Position numbers and translations under genes: made by a program
NCBI GenBank assembly: GCA_039648995.1
Contig: JBBWZH010000059.1
Span: 801 to 64,800 of the forward strand
Direction: 5' to 3'
Source of the DNA: Mycobacteriales bacterium
GTDB lineage: Bacteria > Actinomycetota > Actinomycetes > Mycobacteriales > CADCTP01
DNA: 64,000 bases
The notes under the pieces: generated by a model
Seen by the model: the letters and a program-made list of their open reading frames with translations, nothing else
Database searches by the model: none
Told to the model about the DNA's origin: nothing
Shown here: positions 32,668 through 41,658 of the stretch, piece by piece
How positions within the stretch are numbered: position 1 is the first letter of the stretch
Layout of the letters: every line of letters starts with the position of its first letter

Positions 32668-34098
32668 TCACCCGGCGGAACCCGGGCCGGACGCCGCTCC
32701 GCCGGCGCCCGGCCCGGGCTGCGCCGCCGGCCACGCGTCCGCGGGCCACGCGTCCGCCGGCCAGGTGTCGGCCGGCCCGACGCCGTCCGGGTCGCCGTCC
32801 GGATCGTCGTCCGGGTCGGTCTCGCCGTCGGTGTCGAGCAGCTCGTCGGCGGCCAGCGCGTCCTGCGGGCCGGTGCCGGCCTGGCTGGCGCTGATCAGCA
32901 GGGTGTCCGGGACGCGCGGCAGGATGCTGGCGATGTAGTCCTTGGTGGCGGCGGTGGTGCCGATGTCCCGGCCGGCCGCTTCGGACAGGAACCAGCGGTG
33001 CTCCAGGATCTCGTGGAACACCTCGGCCGGGTCCAGCCGGTCGGCGAGCTCGGCCGGGATGGCCGCGATCACCGGGTCGTAGATGTCGACCAGCCAGCGG
33101 CTGGCGGCCACCGCGTCGGGCACCGGCCGGCGGGCCACCTGCTCCAGGTAGCCGCGGTAGCTGGCGATGTCGTTCAGCAGCCGCCGGGCCTGGTTCTCCT
33201 CGGCGTCCAGGCCGGTGCGGGCGAACAGCAGCCGGCGGTGGTGACCGGGCTCGGCGACCCGGGTGTGCAGCCGCAGCCGGCTGGTGCCCTCGCCGGCGTC
33301 CACCAGCTCCACCTCGTCCACGTCGAAGCCGAGGTCGTTGAGCCGCTGCACCCGGGCCGCGATCCGGTACCGCTGCTCGGACGGCAGCAGGGTCTCCTCC
33401 GCGGTCAGCTCCCGCCACAGCGCGTCGTACCGGCGGACCAGCTCGTCCGCGGTCTCGATCGGGTCGACCTCGGGCGGCAGCAGCCCGCCGGCCCGCAGGT
33501 CGAACAGCTCGCCGCCGACCCGCTCCCGGGCCAGGCCGATGTCGTACTCGCGCTGGCCGTCGGACAGGCTCGGGTGCGTTTCCGCCGTCTCGGCGTCCAC
33601 CAGGTACGCGGCGAGCGCGCCGGCGTCCAGCCGGAACAGCGTGTTGGACAGCGAGCAGTCGCCCCACATGAACCCGGCCAGGTGCAGCCGGACCAGCAGC
33701 TCGACCTGCGCGTCGAGGAGCCGGTCGGCCGGCTGCCGGCCGCGCGGGTTGGCGAACAGCGCCCGGTACGAGCTGGAGCGGTCCAGGAACCGGGTGACGA
33801 GCACCGCGTCCAGGTCGTCGGGGCGGTCGACGACGATGCCGAGCACCTCGACCGCCGGGATGCCGAGCTGCTCCAGGTGCCGCAGCAGCTGGTACTCCCG
33901 GCGGGCCAGCCGGGTGTCGAGCTCCTTGACCGCGAACACCTCACCGGCCTCGGCCACGAACCGGACCACGTGCCGGGAAAGCCCGCGTTGCCGGATCTGC
34001 ACCAGCCGGTCGTCCTGCCACTCCGCCAGCGGCTCCCGCCACGGCAGGGTGAGCAGCGCGGCGGCGGCGTCGGCCGGGGGACTGAACACGAAGCGCAC
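32668..34098 (-). CDS. DUF4032-like (kinase-fold) protein with acidic repeat tail
   Basis: Only the 3' 1431 nt of track ORF 32668..35562 are used. GTG at 34098 gives VRFVFSPP...LTLPWREPLAEWQDDRLVQIRQRGLSRHVVRFV, which I recognise as the DUF4032 N-terminus. The C-terminal tail has ADAWP x3 from a 15-bp repeat at 32729-32773. Confidence 0.75.
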   Translation of the reverse strand: MRFVFSPPADAAAALLTLPWREPLAEWQDDRLVQIRQRGLSRHVVRFVAEAGEVFAVKELDTRLARREYQLLRHLEQLGIPAVEVLGIVVDRPDDLDAVLVTRFLDRSSSYRALFANPRGRQPADRLLDAQVELLVRLHLAGFMWGDCSLSNTLFRLDAGALAAYLVDAETAETHPSLSDGQREYDIGLARERVGGELFDLRAGGLLPPEVDPIETADELVRRYDALWRELTAEETLLPSEQRYRIAARVQRLNDLGFDVDEVELVDAGEGTSRLRLHTRVAEPGHHRRLLFARTGLDAEENQARRLLNDIASYRGYLEQVARRPVPDAVAASRWLVDIYDPVIAAIPAELADRLDPAEVFHEILEHRWFLSEAAGRDIGTTAATKDYIASILPRVPDTLLISASQAGTGPQDALAADELLDTDGETDPDDDPDGDPDGVGPADTWPADAWPADAWPAAQPGPGAGGAASGPGSAG

Positions 34099-34108
34099 GT
34101 CACGGCAG

Positions 34109-34275
34109 CCTAGGGCGTGTCTCTCAATCCTTGGTGGATGCCCGCGGCGATCCAGGAGTCGTCTGGCAAGGCGGAGGAGGAGCCGATACCGGGTTGTATC
34201 GGCGACGACGACAACGCAGCCAGGCGGCTTCTGGGCGTCGCGGGCGCCGCCGAAGGTTGGGAGACACGCCCTAGG
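34109..34275. other. 167-nt element closed by a perfect 15-bp inverted repeat (candidate structured RNA or MITE-like element)
   Basis: CCTAGGGCGTGTCTC (34109-34123) and GAGACACGCCCTAGG (34261-34275). Internal hairpins are TGGAT..ATCCA, CCGATAC..GTATCGG and GCGACG..CGTCGC. It lies in the divergent intergenic region. Confidence 0.5.
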
Positions 34276-34329
34276 CGCCTCACCCGGGAGCGAGGTGGGC
34301 ACGGCCCGCTGAGCGGGTAAGACCGGGCC

Positions 34330-34896
34330 GTGGATGTCATCGGGTCGCCGCCGCGCCCGCCCGGGCGCTGGGTCCGGCGGACGCGGTCGGGCTGGCGCCG
34401 GCTGGCCCGAGCCGGCGAGGCGAGCCGGCGGGTGGCGGTGGCGGCGGCCGTGGCGCTGGCGGTAGCCGGGGTGGTGACGGTGCGCGCGGGCGGCGGGCTG
34501 GACCAGGAGCCGTCCGTGTTCTGGGCGGGGGACGTGGCCGCGCCGCCCGACCTGCCGGACCTGATCGCGCCGGACCGGCTCCCCGGCCGCACGCCGATCC
34601 CGGCGCCGCTCGTGGTGGGCTACGACAAGCAGACCGTGCTGGGCCGGCTGCCGGTCGACGGCGGCCCGAGCCAGTTCGCCGCGAAGGTCGCCACCAGGCT
34701 GGTGCTGGGCCGCTACTGCCAGGTGCCGGCGACGTACGACGTCCGGGTCAGCCCGGAGGCCGGCTGGAACCAGGTGTCCGCGCGCGCGTTCCGGATCGAC
34801 CGCGGCGGGTACGCGCTGTCGGTCGCGCTCCGGCTGGTCTGGATCAGGTCCGCCTACGCCTGGACCGGCCGGCTCACCGAGCTCGGCTCCTGCTGA
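34330..34896 (+). CDS. membrane-anchored hypothetical protein
   Basis: GTG start. Arg-rich N-terminus followed by the TM segment VAVAAAVALAVAGVVTV. It lies upstream of the two-component system. Confidence 0.55.
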   Translation: MDVIGSPPRPPGRWVRRTRSGWRRLARAGEASRRVAVAAAVALAVAGVVTVRAGGGLDQEPSVFWAGDVAAPPDLPDLIAPDRLPGRTPIPAPLVVGYDKQTVLGRLPVDGGPSQFAAKVATRLVLGRYCQVPATYDVRVSPEAGWNQVSARAFRIDRGGYALSVALRLVWIRSAYAWTGRLTELGSC

Positions 34897-34956
34897 CTTC
34901 CTTACCGTTCGGGAACGCCCGCCCGGCCTGGGCCGCCAGCCACCTACGCTCGGTGT

Positions 34957-35670
34957 GTGCAGAGGCCGGCGCGGGTGTTGGTGGTCGAGGACGACCCGAC
35001 CGTCAGCGACGTCGTGCGCCGCTACCTGGAGCGCGCCGGGCTGGCCGTCGAGGTGATCGCGGACGGCGCGGCGGCGCTGGCCCGCGGCGTGGCCGACCCG
35101 CCCGACCTGGTGGTGCTGGACCTCATGCTGCCCGGGATGTCCGGGCTGGAGGTGTGCCAGCGGCTGCGCGCCGCGGCCCCAGTGCCGATCATCATGCTGA
35201 CCGCGTTGGGCGAGGAGGCCGACCGCGTGGTCGGCCTGGAGTTCGGCGCAGACGACTACGTGACCAAGCCGTTCTCGCCGCGCGAGCTCACGCTGCGGGT
35301 GCAGTCGGTGCTGCGCCGCGCCGCCGGCCGGCCCGCGCAGCCGTCCGGGCCGCCGGCCGCCCCGCTCACCGACGGCGACCTGGCCGTCGACGCCGGCGCC
35401 CGGCTGGCCCGCCTCGCCGGCCGCGACCTGGCCCTGACCGTCCGCGAGTTCGACCTGCTGGCGTTCCTGCTGGCCCACCCGCGGCAGGCGTTCAGCCGGG
35501 CCGACCTGCTGGAGCGGGTCTGGGGCTGGTCGTTCGGCGACCAGTCGACGGTCACCGTGCACGTCCGCCGGCTGCGGGAGAAGGTCGAGTCGGCGCCCGG
35601 CGCGCCGCGCCGGATCGTCACGGTCTGGGGCGTCGGCTACCGGTACGACCCGGTCGGCCAGCCGGCGTGA
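34957..35670 (+). CDS. OmpR/PhoB-family response regulator
   Basis: VLVVEDD, DLVVLDLMLPGMSG and YVTKPFSPREL receiver motifs. The C-terminal wHTH is TVHVRRLREKVE...IVTVWGVGYRY. Confidence 0.9.
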   Translation: MQRPARVLVVEDDPTVSDVVRRYLERAGLAVEVIADGAAALARGVADPPDLVVLDLMLPGMSGLEVCQRLRAAAPVPIIMLTALGEEADRVVGLEFGADDYVTKPFSPRELTLRVQSVLRRAAGRPAQPSGPPAAPLTDGDLAVDAGARLARLAGRDLALTVREFDLLAFLLAHPRQAFSRADLLERVWGWSFGDQSTVTVHVRRLREKVESAPGAPRRIVTVWGVGYRYDPVGQPA

Positions 35671-36710
35671 TCACGCCGCTGCTGCAGATGGTGGCGATCA
35701 CCGCCGGCTGCGCCACCCCGGTGGTGGCCGGCGGCGCGCTGCTGCTGCGGGTGCTGGATCGCCGCTCGATCACCGCCAGCGTCTCGGTGGTGGTGCTGGT
35801 CGGCGTGCTGGCGCTCACCGCGGGGCTGGTCGGCACCTCGTACGCGATGTTCCTGTCCGCGCACGACCTGGGCGTGGTGCTGCTGGTCGCCGGGGTGGCC
35901 GGGGTGATCGCGCTGCTGGCCGCGCTGCCGCTGGGCCGCCGGCTGGCGCGGCGCAGCGTCTGGCAGCGGGAGGCGCTGGCCAAGCAGGAGATGGTGGAGG
36001 CCAGCCGGCGGGAGCTGGTCGCCTGGGTATCGCACGACCTGCGCACGCCGCTGGCCGGGCTGCGGGCGATGGCCGAGGCGCTGGAGGACGGCGTCGTCGA
36101 CGAACCGCGCCAGGTCGCCGCGTACCACGCCAGCATCCGGCGGGAGACCGAGCGGCTGGCCGCGATGGTGGACGACCTGTTCGAGCTGTCCCGCATCCAG
36201 GCCGGGGCGCTGCGGCTGCACCTGGACGCGGTGTCGCTCGGCGACCTGGTCTCGGACGCGGTCGCCGCCACCTCGCCGGCCGCCGCGGCCAAGCGGGTGC
36301 GGATCGTCGCGGACCGGGCCGGCTCGTGGCCGACCGTCCGCGCCAGCGACGCCGAACTCAGCCGGGTGGTGCGCAACCTGCTGACCAACGCGATCCGGCA
36401 CACACCGTCGGACGCGACCGTCGTGCTGGCCGCCGGCGCGGACGGCGACGGCGCGTGGCTGGCCGTGCAGGACTCCTGCGGCGGGATACCCGAGGCGGAC
36501 CTGCCCCGGGTGTTCGAGGTGGCGTTCCGCGGCGAGGCGGCCCGGTCGCCCCGGCCCACCTCCGGCACCTCCGGCGCCGCCGGCCCGGACGGCGGCGCCG
36601 GGCTCGGCCTGGCGATCGCGCGCGGTCTGGTCGAGGCGCACGCCGGCGAGATCGCGGTGGAGAACGCCGGCCCCGGCTGCCGCTTCGTCGTCCGGCTCCG
36701 CACCGGCTGA
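35667..36710 (+). CDS. sensor histidine kinase (short, intramembrane-sensing type)
   Basis: GTGA overlap with the regulator stop. Three N-terminal TM segments with no sizeable extracytoplasmic loop. H-box WVSHDLRTPL, N-box RNLLTNAIRHTP, G-box GAGLGLAIARGLVEAH. Confidence 0.88.
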   Translation: MITPLLQMVAITAGCATPVVAGGALLLRVLDRRSITASVSVVVLVGVLALTAGLVGTSYAMFLSAHDLGVVLLVAGVAGVIALLAALPLGRRLARRSVWQREALAKQEMVEASRRELVAWVSHDLRTPLAGLRAMAEALEDGVVDEPRQVAAYHASIRRETERLAAMVDDLFELSRIQAGALRLHLDAVSLGDLVSDAVAATSPAAAAKRVRIVADRAGSWPTVRASDAELSRVVRNLLTNAIRHTPSDATVVLAAGADGDGAWLAVQDSCGGIPEADLPRVFEVAFRGEAARSPRPTSGTSGAAGPDGGAGLGLAIARGLVEAHAGEIAVENAGPGCRFVVRLRTG

Positions 36711-36737
36711 GCCTGGCGGGGTGCCTGCGGCTCAGCC
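36705..36737. terminator. hairpin between convergent genes
   Basis: GGCTGAGCC (36705-36713) pairs with GGCTCAGCC (36729-36737), leaving a 15-nt loop. It spans both stop codons. Confidence 0.35.
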
Positions 36738-37391
36738 CAGGGTGAGCCAGCGGACGCCGCGCCGGTCGATGTCGGCGCGTTCCGGGCCGGTCAGCGTGAG
36801 CCGGCCGGTGGCTTTCCGGATGAAGGTGAGCCGATCCCAGCCCAGCCCGGCCGGCACGTCCGGGCCGCCGAGCAGGGCGGCGATCGCGGCTGCGGCCGGC
36901 TCTGTCAGCCAGGGGTCGCGGCCGAGTGCGTCGGCCAGGTCCAGCCCGTGCACGCCGACCTCGACGACCCGGGTGAGCAGGAAGTGGTCCAGCCGCATCC
37001 CGTCGCCGTGCCTGGTCCGGACCAGCCGGCCCGGCGGCTCCGCAGTGACCCGGGCGGCCACCGCCCGCCAGGTGCGCTCGAAGTCCTCGGCAAGGGCTGG
37101 CCCGGTGACCGCGGCCGCGTCCTGCCGGGCCCGGTCGATCCGGGCGTCGTTGACCTCGGCTCCGAACAGGCCCGGCCGGTAGTAGCCCGCCGCGTCCACG
37201 TCCGCGGCGGCCGGCGCGGGCTCGGCCAGCATCGCGGTCAGCCGCCCGGTGGCGGTGCGGACGTGCGCCAGCAACTCGGCCACCGTCCACGGCGCACACC
37301 GGGTCGGCCGGCCGAACTCCGCCCCGCCCAGCCCACGCACTTCAGTGGCCAACCGCCCGCACTCGGCCTGGAACGCCTCATCCACACGCAC
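36732..37391 (-). CDS. mycothiol-dependent maleylpyruvate isomerase-like (DinB-fold) protein
   Basis: GTG at 37391 (or 37385). The sequence AECGRLATEVRGLGGAEFGRPTRCAPWTVAELLAHV matches the N-terminal domain pattern of this family. The upstream part of the track ORF is rejected. Confidence 0.7.
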   Translation of the reverse strand: MRVDEAFQAECGRLATEVRGLGGAEFGRPTRCAPWTVAELLAHVRTATGRLTAMLAEPAPAAADVDAAGYYRPGLFGAEVNDARIDRARQDAAAVTGPALAEDFERTWRAVAARVTAEPPGRLVRTRHGDGMRLDHFLLTRVVEVGVHGLDLADALGRDPWLTEPAAAAIAALLGGPDVPAGLGWDRLTFIRKATGRLTLTGPERADIDRRGVRWLTLG

Positions 37392-37599
37392 CCGCCGACC
37401 GTAGCCGGATCTCCGACGACCCGGCCGACGCCCGAGGTGGCCGGCGCCGCGGGAGCCCGGGGTCGCCGGAATTCGCTGGCGGCCCAGGGGTGCCCGGCCA
37501 GTAGTCTGGGCAGCCGCCCCGGCACGTCCGGGGCGCAGCCGAGCCGGGTCGGGGTCGAGCCGGGGCGCCAGGTGGAACCGGATCTCACCGGGAGGCCCC

Positions 37600-38907
37600 A
37601 TGGCCAGGCGGCTGCTGCTCGACGTCCGCCCGCTGCGCGAGTCGCCGGCGTTCCGGCGGTTGTTCCTCGGCTCGACGCTGTCGCAGGTCGGCACCGCGAT
37701 GACCACGTACGCGGTGGCGCTGCAGGTGTTCACGCTGACCGGGTCGTCCGCCGCGGTGGGCGGCGTCGGGCTGTCCGCGGCGGTGCCGTCCATCTGCATG
37801 GGCCTGTTCGGCGGCGCGATCATCGACGCGGTCGACCGGCGGAAGCTGGTGCTGCTGACCAGTTCCGGGCTGACCGCGGTCTCGATCGGCTTTACCGTCC
37901 AGGCGTTCGCCGGGCTGCGCCAGGTCTGGCTGCTGTACGCGCTGGTCGCCGGGCAGTACCTGATCGCGTCGCTGAACGGGCCGGCGCGGCGCACGTTCAC
38001 GCCGCGCCTGTTGCCGGCGCACCTGCTGCCGGCCGGCATCGCGCTGAGCATGCTCTCGATGCACGTCGGCCTGATCGCCGGGCCGCCGCTGGCCGGCCTG
38101 ATCACCGGCGCCGGCGGCCTGCGGCTGTGCTACCTGGCCGACGCGGTCACCTTCCTGGCCGCGCTGTACGGGGTGGCCCGGGCGCCGGCGATGCCGCCGG
38201 ACGGCACCCGCGCCCGGCCGGGCCTGCGCGCGGTCGGCGACGGGCTGCGGTTCATCCGCGGCAGCCGCGCCCTGCTCGGCGCGCTGCTCTCGGACCTGTC
38301 CGCGACCGCGCTGGCGATGCCGTTCGCGCTGTTCCCGGCGATCAACGCGGAGCGGTTCGGCGGCTCGCCGCGCACCCTCGGCCTGCTCACCGCGGCGGTC
38401 GCCACCGGCGGGATCATCGGCACCGCGTTCTCCGGCCCGGTCTCGCAGGTCAGCCGCCCCGGCCGGGCGATGCTCGGCTGCGTGCTCGGCTGGGGTGTCA
38501 GCCTGATCGGCTTCGGCCTGGTGCGCAGCTTCCCGCTCACGTTCGGCTGCCTGGTCGCGGCCGGCGTCGCGGACGTGCTGAGCGTGGTCTTCCGCACCAC
38601 GATCACGCAGACCGCCACCCCGGACAACTACCGCGGCCGGGTCGGCGCCGCCGAGTTCGTCGTCGGCGCGGCCGCCCCGCAGCTCGGCAACTTCCGCGCC
38701 GGCGTGCTCGGCTCGCTGACCACGCCCAGCACCAGCGCCACCATCGGCGGCCTGTCCAGCCTCGTCGGCGCGGCGGTGCTCACGGTCACCCTGCCCGCGC
38801 TGATCCGCTACCGCGCGCCGCACCTGACCACACCGCCCGCCCTGCCCACCCCGCCGCCCTCGCTCGGCACGCCGGCCGAGCCGGCCGAGCCGGCCACTCC
38901 CGGCTGA
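37600..38907 (+). CDS. MFS transporter (EntS-like exporter family)
   Basis: ATG after GGGAGG. RPLRESPAFRRLFLGSTLSQVGTAMTTYAVALQV start and about 12 TM segments. Confidence 0.85.
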   Translation: MARRLLLDVRPLRESPAFRRLFLGSTLSQVGTAMTTYAVALQVFTLTGSSAAVGGVGLSAAVPSICMGLFGGAIIDAVDRRKLVLLTSSGLTAVSIGFTVQAFAGLRQVWLLYALVAGQYLIASLNGPARRTFTPRLLPAHLLPAGIALSMLSMHVGLIAGPPLAGLITGAGGLRLCYLADAVTFLAALYGVARAPAMPPDGTRARPGLRAVGDGLRFIRGSRALLGALLSDLSATALAMPFALFPAINAERFGGSPRTLGLLTAAVATGGIIGTAFSGPVSQVSRPGRAMLGCVLGWGVSLIGFGLVRSFPLTFGCLVAAGVADVLSVVFRTTITQTATPDNYRGRVGAAEFVVGAAAPQLGNFRAGVLGSLTTPSTSATIGGLSSLVGAAVLTVTLPALIRYRAPHLTTPPALPTPPPSLGTPAEPAEPATPG

Positions 38908-38944
38908 GCCGCCCGGGTTGAGCCGGCGGCGCCGCTGTCCCGGA

Positions 38945-39301
38945 TCAGGGGCGGGCGGCGGTGGGACGGTCGCGCTTGGGCAGCTTGCTGACGATCGTGT
39001 CGTAGGAGGCGTCGATCGCCTCACGCAGCTCGTCGTCCGGGATGGCCCCGCCGACCCGCAGCGTGTTCCAGCCGGACCGGCCGATGTAGGCCATCACCGT
39101 GACGTCGTCCGGGTAGTGCCGCAGCCATTCGTCGGCGATCTCGCGGTTCGGCCCGCACTTGAGCCCGACCCCGGAGCCGGCGGAGCCGAGGAACGCGAAG
39201 ATCTTCGCCCCGACCTTGACCACGACGTCGCCCTCCCAGGGCTCGTCCTGCCAGGCGCCCGGCTTGGCCAGGCAGTACTTGAGCACGTCCGCTGGAACCA
39301 T
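38945..39301 (-). CDS. MmcQ/YjbR-family protein
   Basis: ATG at 39301. The sequence KYCLAKPGAWQDEPWEGDVVVKVGAKIFAFLG...GWNTLRV is the typical YjbR pattern. Confidence 0.75.
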   Translation of the reverse strand: MVPADVLKYCLAKPGAWQDEPWEGDVVVKVGAKIFAFLGSAGSGVGLKCGPNREIADEWLRHYPDDVTVMAYIGRSGWNTLRVGGAIPDDELREAIDASYDTIVSKLPKRDRPTAARP

Positions 39302-39485
39302 CGCCCCATCCTCCTCCGACCGGAACGGCGCGCCGGGCTGCCCGCACCGGTGCCTCATCGGGCAGGGCGCGCCCCCGGCCCGGGCCGGACACTGCCCTGG
39401 CCCGCCGCGGACCGGGCGGATGTGATGAGCACGCACGCTCGGCATCGCCGGCGGGGCCGTACCCGCCGCCGGCCGGTACCGACCG

Positions 39486-40034
39486 ATGGGGCATGGTGAC
39501 GACATGACCGAACTCGCCGCGGCGCTGGCGGACGTGCTCGCGGGCCGGCTGGCCGGCTGGGCCGGCCTGCCGTCGGGCACCCCGGTGGCTGGCCTGCTCA
39601 CCGCGCTGGCGGCGACCGAGGTGGACGCGGCCGGGCCGACCGAGCACGGCATCTCCCGGTACGACCTGTACCGGGTGCTGCGGGCCGACCCGCCCGGGCG
39701 GGTGGACGTCTGGAGTCTCGCCGGCGTCGGCGTGCTGGTCGAGTACGCCGACCCGCCCGGCGTCGACCCCGACCCGCAGGCCGCTGAGCTGGGGGCGCCG
39801 GAGCTGGCGCTGACCGGGCACCGGGTCGCGGCCGGCGGCGAGGTGCACGAGCTGGTCTACGCCGGCCGCGGGCTGACACTGTCGCTGGTGCAGGCCGACG
39901 AGAGCTGGCTGCGGGCCGTCCACGTGCAGCTGTACGTGCCGGGGCCGGTCAGCCACTGGCTGACCCGGATCAGCGCCGGCTCCCGCCCGCACGCGGCCGC
40001 TCGCCCCGCCGTGCCCCGGCTCGCGCAGGGTTAG
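39486..40034 (+). CDS. hypothetical protein
   Basis: G/C-rich third positions throughout and no recognisable motif. Alternative ATG at 39504. Confidence 0.5.
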   Translation: MGHGDDMTELAAALADVLAGRLAGWAGLPSGTPVAGLLTALAATEVDAAGPTEHGISRYDLYRVLRADPPGRVDVWSLAGVGVLVEYADPPGVDPDPQAAELGAPELALTGHRVAAGGEVHELVYAGRGLTLSLVQADESWLRAVHVQLYVPGPVSHWLTRISAGSRPHAAARPAVPRLAQG

Positions 40035-40143
40035 CGCAACCGAACATCCGGACATTCGACTACACTTTCGACAGTTCCCCTGGGGCGGCAGCGGGCGACA
40101 CCGGCGTCAAGCGGCGTGGCGCGCCAGCTCAGTGAGGAGCGCG

Positions 40144-41349
40144 ATGACACGCCCTGCCCTGCCCCGCCGGCCGCACCGGCGCTGGCTCGCCGCTCCCGTG
40201 GTGCTGCTCGCCGCCGGCGCGGCCCTCGTCCCGCAGTTGGCCGGCCCGGTCGCGAGCGCGGCGGCCGGCTGCTCGGTCGGCTACCAGCTCAACCAGTGGG
40301 ACACCGGCTTCACCGCCAACCTGACCGTGACGACCGGCACCCCACTCACCGCGTGGACGCTGACCTGGACGTTCGGCGGCAGCCAGCGGATCACCTCGGC
40401 GTGGAGCGCGACCGCGACGCAGCCGGCCGGGCAGCCGGCGGTCAGCGTCAGCAACCTGTCCTGGAACGGCGCGGTCCCGGCGGGCGGGTCGGTCCAGTTC
40501 GGCTTCCAGGCCACCTACTCCGGCAGCAACCCGGTACCGGTGGACTTCGCGCTGAACGGCACCGGTTGCACCGGCCCGGCCGGCCCACCGCCGCCGCCCA
40601 CCACCCCACCGCCCACCACCCCACCGACGACCCCGCCGTCCACGCCGCCCTCGACGCCGCCGGCCGGCTGCGCGGCGGCGCTGATCTGCGATGACGTGGA
40701 GGGGCAGACCGGCGCGGCGCCCAGCGGCGCCTGGGCGTTCAGCGCACGCGACTGCGCCGGCACCGGCGCGGTCGCGGTCGACAGCGCGGTCGCGCACAGC
40801 GGCACCCGGTCGTTCCGGGTGGACGGCAGGGCCGGCTTCTGCAACCACGCCTTCGTCGGCCGCACCGACATCGGCACGGTCGGCGGCGTCGTGTTCGGCC
40901 GGTTCTTCGTCCGGCACAGCACCCTGCTGCCGGACGGGCACGTCACGATGATGGCGATGCGGGACAGCAACGACGGCAGCAAGGACCTGCGGATGGGCGG
41001 GCAGAACCGGGCCATGCAGTGGAACCGGGAGTCCGACGACGCGACGCTGCCGGCGCAGAGCCCCGCCGGGGTGGCACAGAGCATCCCGCTGCCCACCGGC
41101 GTCTGGAGTTGCGTCGAGTTCATGGTGGACGGCCCGGCCGGCCAGACCCGCACCTGGGTCAACGGCGCCGAGGTGGCCGGGCTGCGTGACGATGGCGTGC
41201 CGACCCAGGACGTCGACGCGCAGTGGCTCGGCCGCGCCTGGCACCCCACGCTGACCGACTTCCGGCTCGGCTGGGAGAGCTACTCGACCGGCGACGACAC
41301 GCTGTGGTTCGACGACATCGCCCTCGGCCGGACCCGTATCGGCTGCTGA
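40144..41349 (+). CDS. secreted CBM2 carbohydrate-binding protein with Pro/Thr linker and unknown C-terminal domain
   Basis: ATG after GAGGAG. Tat-like signal RRPHRRWLAAPVVLLAAGAAL. CBM2 block CSVGYQLNQWDTGFTANLTV...VQFGFQATYSG...NGTGC. Linker PPPPPTTPPPTTPPTTPPSTPPSTPP, followed by a roughly 230-aa beta-rich domain. Confidence 0.85.
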   Translation: MTRPALPRRPHRRWLAAPVVLLAAGAALVPQLAGPVASAAAGCSVGYQLNQWDTGFTANLTVTTGTPLTAWTLTWTFGGSQRITSAWSATATQPAGQPAVSVSNLSWNGAVPAGGSVQFGFQATYSGSNPVPVDFALNGTGCTGPAGPPPPPTTPPPTTPPTTPPSTPPSTPPAGCAAALICDDVEGQTGAAPSGAWAFSARDCAGTGAVAVDSAVAHSGTRSFRVDGRAGFCNHAFVGRTDIGTVGGVVFGRFFVRHSTLLPDGHVTMMAMRDSNDGSKDLRMGGQNRAMQWNRESDDATLPAQSPAGVAQSIPLPTGVWSCVEFMVDGPAGQTRTWVNGAEVAGLRDDGVPTQDVDAQWLGRAWHPTLTDFRLGWESYSTGDDTLWFDDIALGRTRIGC

Positions 41350-41367
41350 CCGCTCGCCGACCTGACG

Positions 41368-41404
41368 GCTGGCGCCGGCGCGTGACACGCGCGCCGGCGC
41401 CAGC
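41368..41404 (+). terminator. rho-independent-type terminator hairpin
   Basis: Perfect 15-bp stem GCTGGCGCCGGCGCG / CGCGCCGGCGCCAGC, followed by TTCGCTTTCGG. It starts 19 nt after the CBM2 gene stop. Confidence 0.75.
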
Positions 41405-41658
41405 TTCGCTTTCGGCGAGATTCTTCCCGATCGGGTACAACCTTTCCCCAGTCCGCCGGCGTCATTAGGGGCGACTGGTTCAGCGGACGCGGACGCGCAT
41501 TTCGCTGGCGCTACGCGGTTCGGCCGGCTTTCCGGCAGTCCGGGTTTCTCCCAGTCGGTCAACTGTCAATTCTCACCAGCCGCCGCGCGCGGCGGATCCG
41601 GCCTGCCCGAATCCACGCCGCGCCGCGGTGATCCGCTAATTCCGGGGGACGACAACAT

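Noticed and set aside
34180-34260. Possible ZTP (pfl) riboswitch, because the minus strand contains GCCGCCUGGCU, resembling the conserved CCGCCUGGGCA.
   Set aside because: The 5' subdomain signature (GGGUCG...ACCGGG) is absent. The match is one base short, and the adjacent genes are unrelated to purine or folate metabolism.
34117-34320. 67-aa ORF inside the inverted-repeat element.
   Set aside because: It has no RBS and odd composition, and its frame is dictated by the hairpin arms. The region is better explained as structured nucleic acid.
32668-35562. A single 964-aa ORF in the track.
   Set aside because: Only the last 476 codons (from GTG 34098) look like protein (DUF4032-like). The upstream part is antisense to the response regulator and membrane-protein genes and crosses the inverted-repeat element.
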